Shown here one piece after another: positions 51,896 through 60,477 of a DNA stretch of 64,000 nt (its first letter is position 1; every line of letters begins with the position of its first letter). This stretch comes from an uncultured Verrucomicrobiae bacterium (GTDB lineage: Bacteria; Verrucomicrobiota; Verrucomicrobiia; Chthoniobacterales; JAFAMB01), in contig CAVXLD010000005.1 of NCBI GenBank assembly GCA_963762565.1, forward strand, positions 384,001-448,000, written 5' to 3'. The notes beneath the pieces were generated by a model. That model saw only the letters and a program-made list of their open reading frames with translations. It did not search any database and was not told where the DNA came from. The translations under genes were made by a program, and so were the position numbers.

Positions 51896-54800
51896 TCGAG
51901 CTGTCAAGACAACTGGCGCACGATGATGAATGTGTGCTTTATCGTGCCCGGAGGAAGGAGGACGGGTCCCGGATTCTGGTTTTGGTACCTGCCGTGCAGC
52001 ATCCCAACCCGGACATTCTAAAACGTCTGGAGCACGAATACTCCTTGCGCGAGGAGCTTGATCGGGAGTGGGCTGTTAGGCCCCTGGCATTGAATCGCCG
52101 CGACGGGCAGACGACGCTGGTGCTGGAGGATCCGAGCTCTGCGGCTGTGGGGCTCGATCAATGTTTGGGGTCCGCCGGCATCCGCCAAAGTAGAACCGGC
52201 GCAGGCGCGGAACCGATGGAATTGGGCCGTTTTCTTCGGCTAGCGATCAATCTGGCGGCTGGACTGGACAAGCTCCATCGCCGGGGCCTCATGCACAAGG
52301 ATATAAAGCCGGCTCACATTTTGGTTGATCTTGAAACCGATAAAGTATGGTTCACCGGTTTCGGAATCAGTTCGCGTTTGGCTCGTGAACGACAGGCGGC
52401 TGAACCTCCCGAAGTGATCGCCGGCACACTGGCCTACATGGCGCCGGAACAGACCGGGCGAATGAATCGGTCGATTGATTCTCGCATTGATCTCTACTCG
52501 TTGGGCGTCACCTTCTATCAAATGCTCACCGGCGTTTTACCCTTCGCTGCGGCTGATCCGATGGAGTGGGTGCACTGCCATGTCGCCAGGCAGCCGGCGC
52601 CGCCGGCCGAAAGGTGGCCGGCGGTCCCGGGCGTTATCTCGGCAATCGTTTTGAAGCTGCTCGCCAAGGCCGCCGAGGAACGTTATCAAACCGCCGCCGG
52701 GCTCGAGGTCGATCTGCGGCGCGCCTTGGCCGAATGGGAGAGTCGAGGACGAATCGACGCCTTCCCGCTCGGAGAGCGCGACACGCCTGACCAGCTGCTG
52801 ATCCCTGAGCGCCTTTACGGGCGCGAGCGCGAAATCGCGAGCCTGCACGCCACCTTCGAACGCGTGGCAGCCGGGGGCGGGCCGGAGCTGGTTCTGGTCG
52901 AGGGCCAAGCTGGAGTCGGCAAGTCCGCGATGGTCCATGAGCTTCAGCGCGCGCTGGCGCAGCAACGCCGCCCCGCCCGCAACGCTTCCGCCGCGGCGGA
53001 AGCGGGTGGGCTGTTCGCGTCCGGCAAGTTCGACCAATACAAGCGTGACATCCCCTACGCCAGCCTGGCGCAGGCCTTGCTGAACCTGATCCGGCCTCTT
53101 CTGGCGAAGAGCGAGACCGAACTGGCGTCCTGGCGCGTCGCGCTTACCGCGGCGGTTGGCTTGAACGGCGCGCTTATGGTGACACTGCTGCCGGAGCTCG
53201 AACATATCATCGGCCCGCAGCCGCCGGTGGCGGAGCTGCCACCGCGCGACGAGCAGCGCCGGTTCCAGCTCGTGTTCCGGCGCCTCCTCGGTGTCTTTGC
53301 TCGACCCGAGCATCCGCTGGCGCTGCTCCTAGATGACCTGCAATGGCTGGACGCAGGGACACTCGATCTCCTCGAGGACCTACTGACGCAACCGGATCTG
53401 CAGCACCTGCTTCTTATCGGTGCTTATCGGGATGATGAGGTCACGCCCACGCATCCTCTGATCCGGCGGCTGGCGACGATCCGCCAAACCGGCGGACGCG
53501 TTCAGGTGATCGTCCTAAAGCCGCTTGGGCTCGATGACGTGAGCCGGATAGTTGCCGGTGCGCTGCACTGCGGCAACGCTCGACCTCTGGCCCGGCTTGT
53601 GCATGAGAAGACCGCCGGCAATCCGTTCTTCGCCATCCAGTTTGTGACCACATTGGCCGAGGAAGGACTGCTCATGTTCAACCGTGAGGCGGCCCACTGG
53701 ATTTGGGACCTCAAGCGGATACGCGCCAAAGGCTACACCGATAACGTCGTGGATCTCCTATTGAACAAGCTGCGCCGCCTGCCCGCTACAACACAAGCTG
53801 TCCTGAAGCGGCTGGCCTGCCTCGGGAACAGCGTGCAGATCGGTACCCTGGCCCTCTTCCAAAGCGAGAGCGAGGACGCCCTGCACGCGACCCTTTCGGC
53901 GGCGACACGGGCCGGGCTTCTGTTCCGGCAGCAAGGGACCTACAAGTTTCTGCACGATCGTGTGCGGGAGGCGGCCTACGCACTGATCCCGGACGGCGAG
54001 CGTGCGGCGGCGCACCTCACCATCGGTCGCTGTCTCGCCGCGCGCACCCCGCCTGGCGCGGTCGAGGAAAACATCTTCGAGATCGCCGGCCAGCTCAACC
54101 GGGGGGCCGCACTGATTAGCTCGGGAAAGGAGCGCGAGCAGCTCGCCGAACTGAACCTCATTGCGGGCCGGCGCGCCAAGTCCTCGACCGCCTATTCCTC
54201 AGCGCTGACTTACCTCACCGCGGGTGCGAGCCTCCTACCTGAAGACGCGTGGGAGCGCTGCCATGATCTCGCCTTCGCGCTCGAGCTGAATCGGGCTGAA
54301 TGCGAGTTTCTAACCGGCGCCCTGGCGGAAGCAGAAGCGCGCCTCGCCGAGCTGGCGGATCACGCCGCCACCCCCTCTGAGCGCGCAATGCTAACCCGCC
54401 TCCGGGTTGACCTCTTCATGACCCTGGGCCGAAGCGACCGCGCCATCGAGGTCGGCCTCGACTGCTTGCGCTACTTCAACGTTAACTGGTCAGTGCATCC
54501 GACGAAGAAGGAAGTCGAGGATGAATACGCACTGCTATGGCGGCAGCTCGGAGACCGGCCGATCGAAGGACTGGTCGACCTGCCCCGCATGGTCGATCCG
54601 GTCGCGTGCGCGACGGTGGACGTTCTCGCCTCCCTCGTGACACCGGCGCTGTGGACCGACGAAAATCTTCGCCGCCTGGTCATCGGCCGCATGGGGAATC
54701 TCAGCCTGGAGCACGGCAACAGCGACGCTTCGGGCTACGCCTACACGGCTGTGGGGAACGTGCTGGGGCTTTACTTCGGGGATTACAAGGCGGGATTCCG

Positions 54801-57630
54801 CTTTGCCCAGCTCGGGTTGGACTCTGTCGAGCAGCCGGGAATGGACCGCTGGAAGTCTCGGGTCTATCTGGCCTTCGGTAATCTCGCGAAACCATCGGTG
54901 CGTCATGCTCGCACGGACCGCCCGCTCGCGCGCTATGCTTTCGAAGCCGCGCAGCAGGTCGGCGACCTCGCATATGCCGGGATCAGCTGCAACAACGTCA
55001 TTACGCAGCTTCTCGCGAGCGGTGCCCCGCTCTCGGAGGTGCATCAGGAGGCCCAGGCGGGGCTCGACTTTGCGCGCCAGGCCCGTTTCGGTGTCGTCGT
55101 CAATCTGATCACCGCGCAGCTCGGGATGATCCGGACGCTTCGGGGCTTGACGCCCCTCTTCGGCTGCTTCAACGACGATACCTTCGAGGAGGGTCAGTTC
55201 GAGCAGCAGCTCGCGGCGGACCCAAATGTCGGGTCAACGGCCTTCATATACTGGATTCGCAAACTGCAGGCCCGCATCCTCGCCGACGATTACATCGCAG
55301 CTGTCGCCGCAGCCAGCAAAGCAGAACACCTCGTCTGGATGTCGCCGGTCATTTTCGAGCGGGCCGACTACCACTTCTACGCTGCGCTCGCGCTAATCGC
55401 GCTGTGCAATGCGGGGTCTGATGCCGAACGGGCCCAATACCGAGATAGCTTGGCCTCCCACCACCGCCAGCTCCAGGCTTGGGCCGAACACTGCCCGGAA
55501 AATTTTGCGAGCCGAGCCGCCCTGCTCGGCGGGGAAATTGCACGACTTGATGGCCGCGAGCTCGAGGCTGAGCATCTATATGAACAAGCTATCCGTTCGG
55601 CTCGTAGCAATGCATTGCTACACAATGAAGCGATAGCGTATGAGCGCGCTTCCACATTCTACCGAGCGCGCGGGTTCGACGAAATTGCCACGCTCTACTT
55701 TCAGAACGCCCGCCACTGCTATTTGCGCTGGGGAGCCGATGGAAAGGTGCGGCAACTCGACGAGCTGTACCCAAACCTCAGGACCGAAGGGGCCGCCGCC
55801 GGTCCTACAGGGCAGATTAAAGCGCAGACCGATCAACTTGATCTAGCTGCCGTAGTCAAGGTCTCGCAGGCTATCTCGAGCGAGATCGTGCCTGAAAAGC
55901 TGATAGAAACACTCTTAAAGGTGGCGCTCGAAAATGCCGGTGCTGAGCGCGGTCTTTTGATCCTATCACAAGGGGAGCAACATCGGATCGAGGCCGAAAT
56001 CAAGACGGACCTCGACCAGGTCCGGGTTCAGCTGCGGCATGCGCCGATAACCTCCTCCGAATTGCCCGGGTCACTCTTTTGGTATGTGATTCGAACTCAA
56101 CAGAAGATCATTCTCGATGATGTGTCGGATAGCAACATGTTCTCCGATGATGACTACTTCCGGCAGAGGCGCCCGAGGTCAATTCTTTGCCTGCCGCTGG
56201 TAAAACAAACCAAGGTGGTTGGAGCCCTTTACCTGGAACATAACTTGGCTCCGCGGGTATTCACTCAAAAGCGGTTGGCCATGCTGGAACTGTTAGCCTC
56301 TCAAGCTGCGATCTCGTTGGATCATGCCCGGTTGTACTCGCAGCTAAGCCGCGCCAACGAAAACCTCGAGCAGGAGGTCAACGAACGGCTACGGGCGGAA
56401 GCCGCCGCGCGCCGAAGTGAGGCTTACTTAGCGGAAGCGGAGTCGCTCAGCAAATGCGGCAGTTGGGCGTTAAAACCCGCCACCCAAGAGATCACCTACT
56501 GGTCGCCGGAACGCTACCGCCTGTTTGGGTTTGATCCGGAGGCTGGCGTACCCTCCTACGAGGCCGTTCTCCAGCGAGTTCATCCTGACGACCGGACAAG
56601 ATGGCTTGAAAACACCAAAGAGGCGGAAGCGCGAGATTCCAGCCGTGAGTTCCGAGTTGTTCTTCCGGACGGCGAGATCAAGTACCTGCACGGAGTAGGT
56701 CATCCCGTTTTCAGTGAATCGGGCGAACTCGTCGAAATCATCGGGGCGGCTATCGACATCACCGAACGCAAACGCGCAGAGGAACAACAGCGCGAGGCGC
56801 AGGCACAGCTGGCTCACATGACGCGAGTGGCGACCCTCGGTGAGTTGGCTGGATCAATCGCTCATGAAGTGAAGCAGCCGCTCACTGCTATCATTAACAA
56901 TGCTGATGCCTGCCTCGCTCTGTTGCCAACTGAGATTAGTAAGCTCGACGAGGTGCGTGAGGCATTATCGGATATTATCTCTGACGCCGATAGGGCCAGC
57001 GCCGTGATTGAGCGAATTCGGGGGCTGATTAAGAAGTCGCCGCCGCAGAAGAGCCGGATAGATCTTAATGAGACAATCGGTGGAGTAATCGCTCTGGCCC
57101 GCGGCGAACTAGACCGCCATGGAGTGTTATTACTGACCAGGCTTGCCAATGACTTGCCTCCCATCCTGGGCGATCGAATCCAACTGCAGCAAGTGCTTCT
57201 CAATCTGATCATCAACGCCATCGAGGCGATGAGTGGTGTGACTGAGGGTCCGCGCGAGCTTCAGATACGTTCGGAGAAAATAGCCAAGGCGTGCAGCGAA
57301 TCGGAGCGCCTGATGCCGATACGCTCCGACCGCCGCCGGACCGAGACGCGGACACAGCCAGACGCGCGTCATGAGGACCCGGGATCGTCTTTGGCCGAAA
57401 CGGAAGCAACCTACGCCCTGGTTTCCGTGGCAGACTCAGGTCCGGGGCCGAACGCAAACGCGCTGGATCGTCTCTTTGACGCGTTTTACACTACAAAGCC
57501 TGAGGGATTGGGAATGGGGTTGTCGATCAGCCGTTCTATTGTTGAAGCTCATGGAGGGCGGCTATGGGCGGGGGCAAATGTGCCGAAAGGCGCTCTGCTT
57601 CAATTCACGCTACCGATTGCTAATGACTAA
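51892..57630 (+). CDS. Hybrid Ser/Thr kinase - AAA ATPase - TPR-like - GAF - PAS - histidine kinase
   Basis: HKDIKP, GTLAYMAPEQTGR, Walker A GQAGVGKS, LDDLQW, GAF (RSILCLPL, LYLE), PAS (VHPDDR), AHEVKQPL, NLIINA, GMGLSI. Confidence 0.93.
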   Translation: MIELSRQLAHDDECVLYRARRKEDGSRILVLVPAVQHPNPDILKRLEHEYSLREELDREWAVRPLALNRRDGQTTLVLEDPSSAAVGLDQCLGSAGIRQSRTGAGAEPMELGRFLRLAINLAAGLDKLHRRGLMHKDIKPAHILVDLETDKVWFTGFGISSRLARERQAAEPPEVIAGTLAYMAPEQTGRMNRSIDSRIDLYSLGVTFYQMLTGVLPFAAADPMEWVHCHVARQPAPPAERWPAVPGVISAIVLKLLAKAAEERYQTAAGLEVDLRRALAEWESRGRIDAFPLGERDTPDQLLIPERLYGREREIASLHATFERVAAGGGPELVLVEGQAGVGKSAMVHELQRALAQQRRPARNASAAAEAGGLFASGKFDQYKRDIPYASLAQALLNLIRPLLAKSETELASWRVALTAAVGLNGALMVTLLPELEHIIGPQPPVAELPPRDEQRRFQLVFRRLLGVFARPEHPLALLLDDLQWLDAGTLDLLEDLLTQPDLQHLLLIGAYRDDEVTPTHPLIRRLATIRQTGGRVQVIVLKPLGLDDVSRIVAGALHCGNARPLARLVHEKTAGNPFFAIQFVTTLAEEGLLMFNREAAHWIWDLKRIRAKGYTDNVVDLLLNKLRRLPATTQAVLKRLACLGNSVQIGTLALFQSESEDALHATLSAATRAGLLFRQQGTYKFLHDRVREAAYALIPDGERAAAHLTIGRCLAARTPPGAVEENIFEIAGQLNRGAALISSGKEREQLAELNLIAGRRAKSSTAYSSALTYLTAGASLLPEDAWERCHDLAFALELNRAECEFLTGALAEAEARLAELADHAATPSERAMLTRLRVDLFMTLGRSDRAIEVGLDCLRYFNVNWSVHPTKKEVEDEYALLWRQLGDRPIEGLVDLPRMVDPVACATVDVLASLVTPALWTDENLRRLVIGRMGNLSLEHGNSDASGYAYTAVGNVLGLYFGDYKAGFRFAQLGLDSVEQPGMDRWKSRVYLAFGNLAKPSVRHARTDRPLARYAFEAAQQVGDLAYAGISCNNVITQLLASGAPLSEVHQEAQAGLDFARQARFGVVVNLITAQLGMIRTLRGLTPLFGCFNDDTFEEGQFEQQLAADPNVGSTAFIYWIRKLQARILADDYIAAVAAASKAEHLVWMSPVIFERADYHFYAALALIALCNAGSDAERAQYRDSLASHHRQLQAWAEHCPENFASRAALLGGEIARLDGRELEAEHLYEQAIRSARSNALLHNEAIAYERASTFYRARGFDEIATLYFQNARHCYLRWGADGKVRQLDELYPNLRTEGAAAGPTGQIKAQTDQLDLAAVVKVSQAISSEIVPEKLIETLLKVALENAGAERGLLILSQGEQHRIEAEIKTDLDQVRVQLRHAPITSSELPGSLFWYVIRTQQKIILDDVSDSNMFSDDDYFRQRRPRSILCLPLVKQTKVVGALYLEHNLAPRVFTQKRLAMLELLASQAAISLDHARLYSQLSRANENLEQEVNERLRAEAAARRSEAYLAEAESLSKCGSWALKPATQEITYWSPERYRLFGFDPEAGVPSYEAVLQRVHPDDRTRWLENTKEAEARDSSREFRVVLPDGEIKYLHGVGHPVFSESGELVEIIGAAIDITERKRAEEQQREAQAQLAHMTRVATLGELAGSIAHEVKQPLTAIINNADACLALLPTEISKLDEVREALSDIISDADRASAVIERIRGLIKKSPPQKSRIDLNETIGGVIALARGELDRHGVLLLTRLANDLPPILGDRIQLQQVLLNLIINAIEAMSGVTEGPRELQIRSEKIAKACSESERLMPIRSDRRRTETRTQPDARHEDPGSSLAETEATYALVSVADSGPGPNANALDRLFDAFYTTKPEGLGMGLSISRSIVEAHGGRLWAGANVPKGALLQFTLPIAND

Positions 57631-58912
57631 GATGTCTCAGACAAGCCTAGACGGGATTCTACCGAGATTCTGGCGCACAATCGCGTCGGCTTTGCTTGGC
57701 TGCATTCTTCTCGCGTTGGTGATCTTTGTTTGCTTTCAATTGCATACCAGGTTGGGGATTGTTGCTCTTTTCTGTCTGCTTACAATTGTTATCCTCTCGC
57801 TTCAGGGCCGCTTCTTGGTGGCGCTTTTTTGCTCGGTGCTCGCAACCCTGGGTCTGGACTACTTCTTTACGCAGCCGGTTTTCAGCTTAGCCGTGACTCG
57901 GCCGGAGGATATTGCCGCGCTGCTTACTTTCTCGGCGATTGCATTGGTTGTCAGTGCGCTGGGCTCTAAACTGCGGAAATCGTATTGGGAACTCGCCCAA
58001 GAAAACACCGAGCGCAAACGGGCGGAAGAAGAGCTGCGTGAAAAGGAGGCCTCCTTGCGCGAAGCGCAATCAAGTTTGGCTCATGTTAGCCGGCTGACTA
58101 CGATGGGAGAATTGGCAGTGTCAATCGCGCATGAAGTCAACCAGCCGCTCACCGCGATCCTCAATAACGCCAACGCCTGCCTGGCCCTACTGCCGAGGGA
58201 GACCAAGGATGTGGACGAGCTCAGCGCGGCCTTGTCGGATATTGTTAGTGACGCCCACAGGGCAAGTGCCGTGATCGCGCGCATTCGAGAACTGGTTGAG
58301 AAGGTGCCCCCGCAGAAGAGCCGGCTAAATATTAACGAGACCATAGGGGAAGTGATCGCTCTGGCCCGTGGCGAATTGAATCGTCATGGAGTGTTACTGC
58401 AGACCAGCCTCGCCGATGACTCGCCGTCCATCATGGGCGATCGAATCCAGCTGCAGCAAGTGATTCTCAATCTGATCATCAACGCCATGGAGGCGATGAG
58501 TGGTGTGACTGACGGTTCACGCGACCTATTGGTCAGTTCGCAGAATGTGACCGGAATGCCGGGCGAACCGAAGCAAGTCAGGCTCGCTGAAACTGTCGGG
58601 CTGGAGATTGACCGCCGAATACCGAAAGCCGACTTGTCCGACGGAGTCCCGCGTACCGGGACGAAGTCAGAATGCCGAACGCAAAACGCGTACGTGTTGG
58701 TATCTGTGGCGGATTCAGGCCCAGGGCTGGATCCAAAGGACCTGAATCGTCTTTTCGACGCGTTTTACACGACTAAGTCTCAAGGCCTGGGAATGGGATT
58801 AGCAATCAGCCGTTCCATTGTGGAAGCTCACGCAGGACGGCTTTGGGCGATGGCGAATGTGCCTAGAGGAGCGCTGTTTCAGTTTACGTTACCTATCGGA
58901 CAGAGTGAATAA
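57623..58912 (+). CDS. Membrane sensor histidine kinase (DUF4118-like TM domain, HisKA, HATPase)
   Basis: TM helices with LDYFFTQP.FSL; AHEVNQPL, DSGPG, FYTTK..GLGMGL. Start 57623 or 57632. Confidence 0.9.
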   Translation: MTKMSQTSLDGILPRFWRTIASALLGCILLALVIFVCFQLHTRLGIVALFCLLTIVILSLQGRFLVALFCSVLATLGLDYFFTQPVFSLAVTRPEDIAALLTFSAIALVVSALGSKLRKSYWELAQENTERKRAEEELREKEASLREAQSSLAHVSRLTTMGELAVSIAHEVNQPLTAILNNANACLALLPRETKDVDELSAALSDIVSDAHRASAVIARIRELVEKVPPQKSRLNINETIGEVIALARGELNRHGVLLQTSLADDSPSIMGDRIQLQQVILNLIINAMEAMSGVTDGSRDLLVSSQNVTGMPGEPKQVRLAETVGLEIDRRIPKADLSDGVPRTGTKSECRTQNAYVLVSVADSGPGLDPKDLNRLFDAFYTTKSQGLGMGLAISRSIVEAHAGRLWAMANVPRGALFQFTLPIGQSE

Positions 58913-58941
58913 CGCTGGCATAGTGCGTTGCCGTGCTAGCT

Positions 58942-58983
58942 GCGAAGAGCGGTAAGCCATAAGCCGTAAGCAGTAAGCAATCT
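58942..58983 (+). repeat. 7-bp array GC(A/C/G)GTAA upstream of the four-helix-bundle gene
   Basis: gcggtaa gccataa gccgtaa gcagtaa gcaatct. Confidence 0.88.
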
Positions 58984-58986
58984 ATT

Positions 58987-59442
58987 ATGACTGATTTAGA
59001 CGAAACGTTTCGGCCAATGAGTAAAGGCTTTGTGAAGGACTACACGGACCTCCTTGCGTATCGGGCGAGCTTTCAGCTGAGCAAGGAAATTTTTGAAACG
59101 ACGAAGCAATTCCCTAAGGAAGAGGTATATGCGTTAACCGACCAATTTCGCCGTGCTATAAGGTCTGTGGGAGCCAACATTGCAGAAGCGTGGGGCAAGC
59201 GGCGGTACGAGAAGCATTTCATAAGTAAGCTCACCGATGCAGATGCCGAACGCTTGGAGACCCAACACTGGCTCAGAACCTGGTATGCTTGCGAATATGT
59301 CAGTAGCAATCAGGCCGAGAAAATGAACGAAAGATTGCTAGAAATTGGTCGTCTTTTGAATGGCATGATCGAAAGGTCATCCGCTTTTGTGATCAGGGAT
59401 GATCGTGTGCGGGAGGACCCTTTGATCGATGAATTCTTTTAG
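58987..59442 (+). CDS. Four-helix-bundle protein (23S rRNA-IVS protein / bAvd-like family)
   Basis: DLLAY, FPKEEVYALTDQFRRAIRSVGANIAEAW.KRRY..HF.SKLTDADAE..ETQHWL, EIGRLLNGMI. Start may be 59017. Confidence 0.92.
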   Translation: MTDLDETFRPMSKGFVKDYTDLLAYRASFQLSKEIFETTKQFPKEEVYALTDQFRRAIRSVGANIAEAWGKRRYEKHFISKLTDADAERLETQHWLRTWYACEYVSSNQAEKMNERLLEIGRLLNGMIERSSAFVIRDDRVREDPLIDEFF

Positions 59443-59460
59443 CTTATCGAAACTGCGTCA

Positions 59461-59495
59461 CATACGCTTACTGCTTACTCCTTACTGCTCCTGAT
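59461..59495 (+). repeat. 7-bp array TTACTGC, reverse complement of the upstream array, abutting the next start codon
   Basis: catacgc ttactgc ttactcc ttactgc tcctgat ATG. Confidence 0.88.
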
Positions 59496-60113
59496 ATGGT
59501 CGAGCCGGAATCCACGGTATTTGTGGTAGATGACGACCCGTCGATCTGTCGCTCGATCGAGCGGTTAATCGGGCCCGCCGGGTTCAAAGTTCAAAGCTTC
59601 CGGTCGGCAGCTCAATTTCTCGCGCATGGTCGACCGTCAGGTCCGGCATGTCTAATACTTGATGTCCAGCTGCCCGGACTGAGCGGTTTGGATCTGCAGC
59701 GCGAACTAACCAACTCGGGAATCCAACTCCCCATTATCTTCGTGACGGCCCACGGTGATATCCCCATGACCGTGCGTGCAATGAAGGGTGGAGCGGTTGA
59801 GTTTCTAACGAAGCCATATCGCGCCGCACAACTGCTCAGCGCTATTCGGGCAGCCCTCGAGCGAGATCGCACCATGCTCCAGCAGCGGATTGAGGTGGCA
59901 CAACTGCATAGTCGTTACGATTTGCTTACGCCCCGAGAACGAGAAGTGCTTGCCTTTCTCGTATCAGGGCTGCTCAACAAGCAGATTGCAGGCGAATTGG
60001 CCACCACGGAAAGAACGATCAAATTCCATCGTGCTAACATTATGCGCAAGATGCAGGCAGAGTCGGTCGCGGATCTGGTTAAAATGGCGCAAAAGCTGGG
60101 GCTGGGGGAGTAG
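59496..60113 (+). CDS. FixJ/TodT/NodW-type response regulator (REC plus LuxR HTH)
   Basis: VFVVDDD, LILDVQLPGLSG, TAHGDIPMTVRAMK, FLTKP, LTPREREV, NKQIA, TIKFHR. Confidence 0.95.
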   Translation: MVEPESTVFVVDDDPSICRSIERLIGPAGFKVQSFRSAAQFLAHGRPSGPACLILDVQLPGLSGLDLQRELTNSGIQLPIIFVTAHGDIPMTVRAMKGGAVEFLTKPYRAAQLLSAIRAALERDRTMLQQRIEVAQLHSRYDLLTPREREVLAFLVSGLLNKQIAGELATTERTIKFHRANIMRKMQAESVADLVKMAQKLGLGE

Positions 60114-60114
60114 G

Positions 60115-60392
60115 GAATAGCAGATAGCAGATAGCAAGTAAGGAGTTCAAGGAGTGTTGGAGTAGTCGAGGCGCGAAGCGCTGACCCCGAAAGCTTTCTG
60201 GGCTGGCAAGAATTTAGCCTGGCTGCGCTTTTTTTCATCTACCTAGGGTTTGCTGCGCTCACCTCTAGACTAAATTCTCCCGCGCCTTCGGCGCTAAATA
60301 CCTACCGCGCTGCACGGGCGGGCCGAATGTCGTCAGATCGTCGTGTCGCACACGCGCTCGTTGGCGGCGTTTTCGGCGTTGTCGGCGTTCCC
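60115..60392. repeat. Composite intergenic repeat tract: 7-mers AGATAGC, REP-like doublet 60170-60295, 9-mers GGCGTTnnC at 60366-60392
   Basis: Read directly; GAATTTAGCCT pairs with AGACTAAATTC. Confidence 0.65.
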
Positions 60393-60407
60393 GCTCGTTC
60401 CAACCCC

Positions 60408-60426
60408 TGTACCAAGGAACAGTAGA
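60408..60426 (+). promoter_or_regulatory. Conserved upstream motif TGTACCAAGGAACAGTAGA (second copy TGTACCAAAGGACAGTAGA at 62238-62256)
   Basis: 17 of 19 positions identical; both precede REC-domain genes; imperfect palindrome. Confidence 0.6.
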
Positions 60427-60477
60427 TTTGTTCTTTAGATATCTTTAATAACTAAACATCTAGCTGAAGAAACGCCT

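Noticed and set aside
57371..57622. Long N-terminal extension of the second histidine kinase
   Set aside because: It overlaps the HATPase end of the upstream gene in another frame; ATG 57623 or 57632 is more plausible.
58987..59442. Diversity-generating retroelement suggested by the Avd-like fold
   Set aside because: No reverse transcriptase in the window and no TR/VR pair with adenine-specific mismatches noticed.
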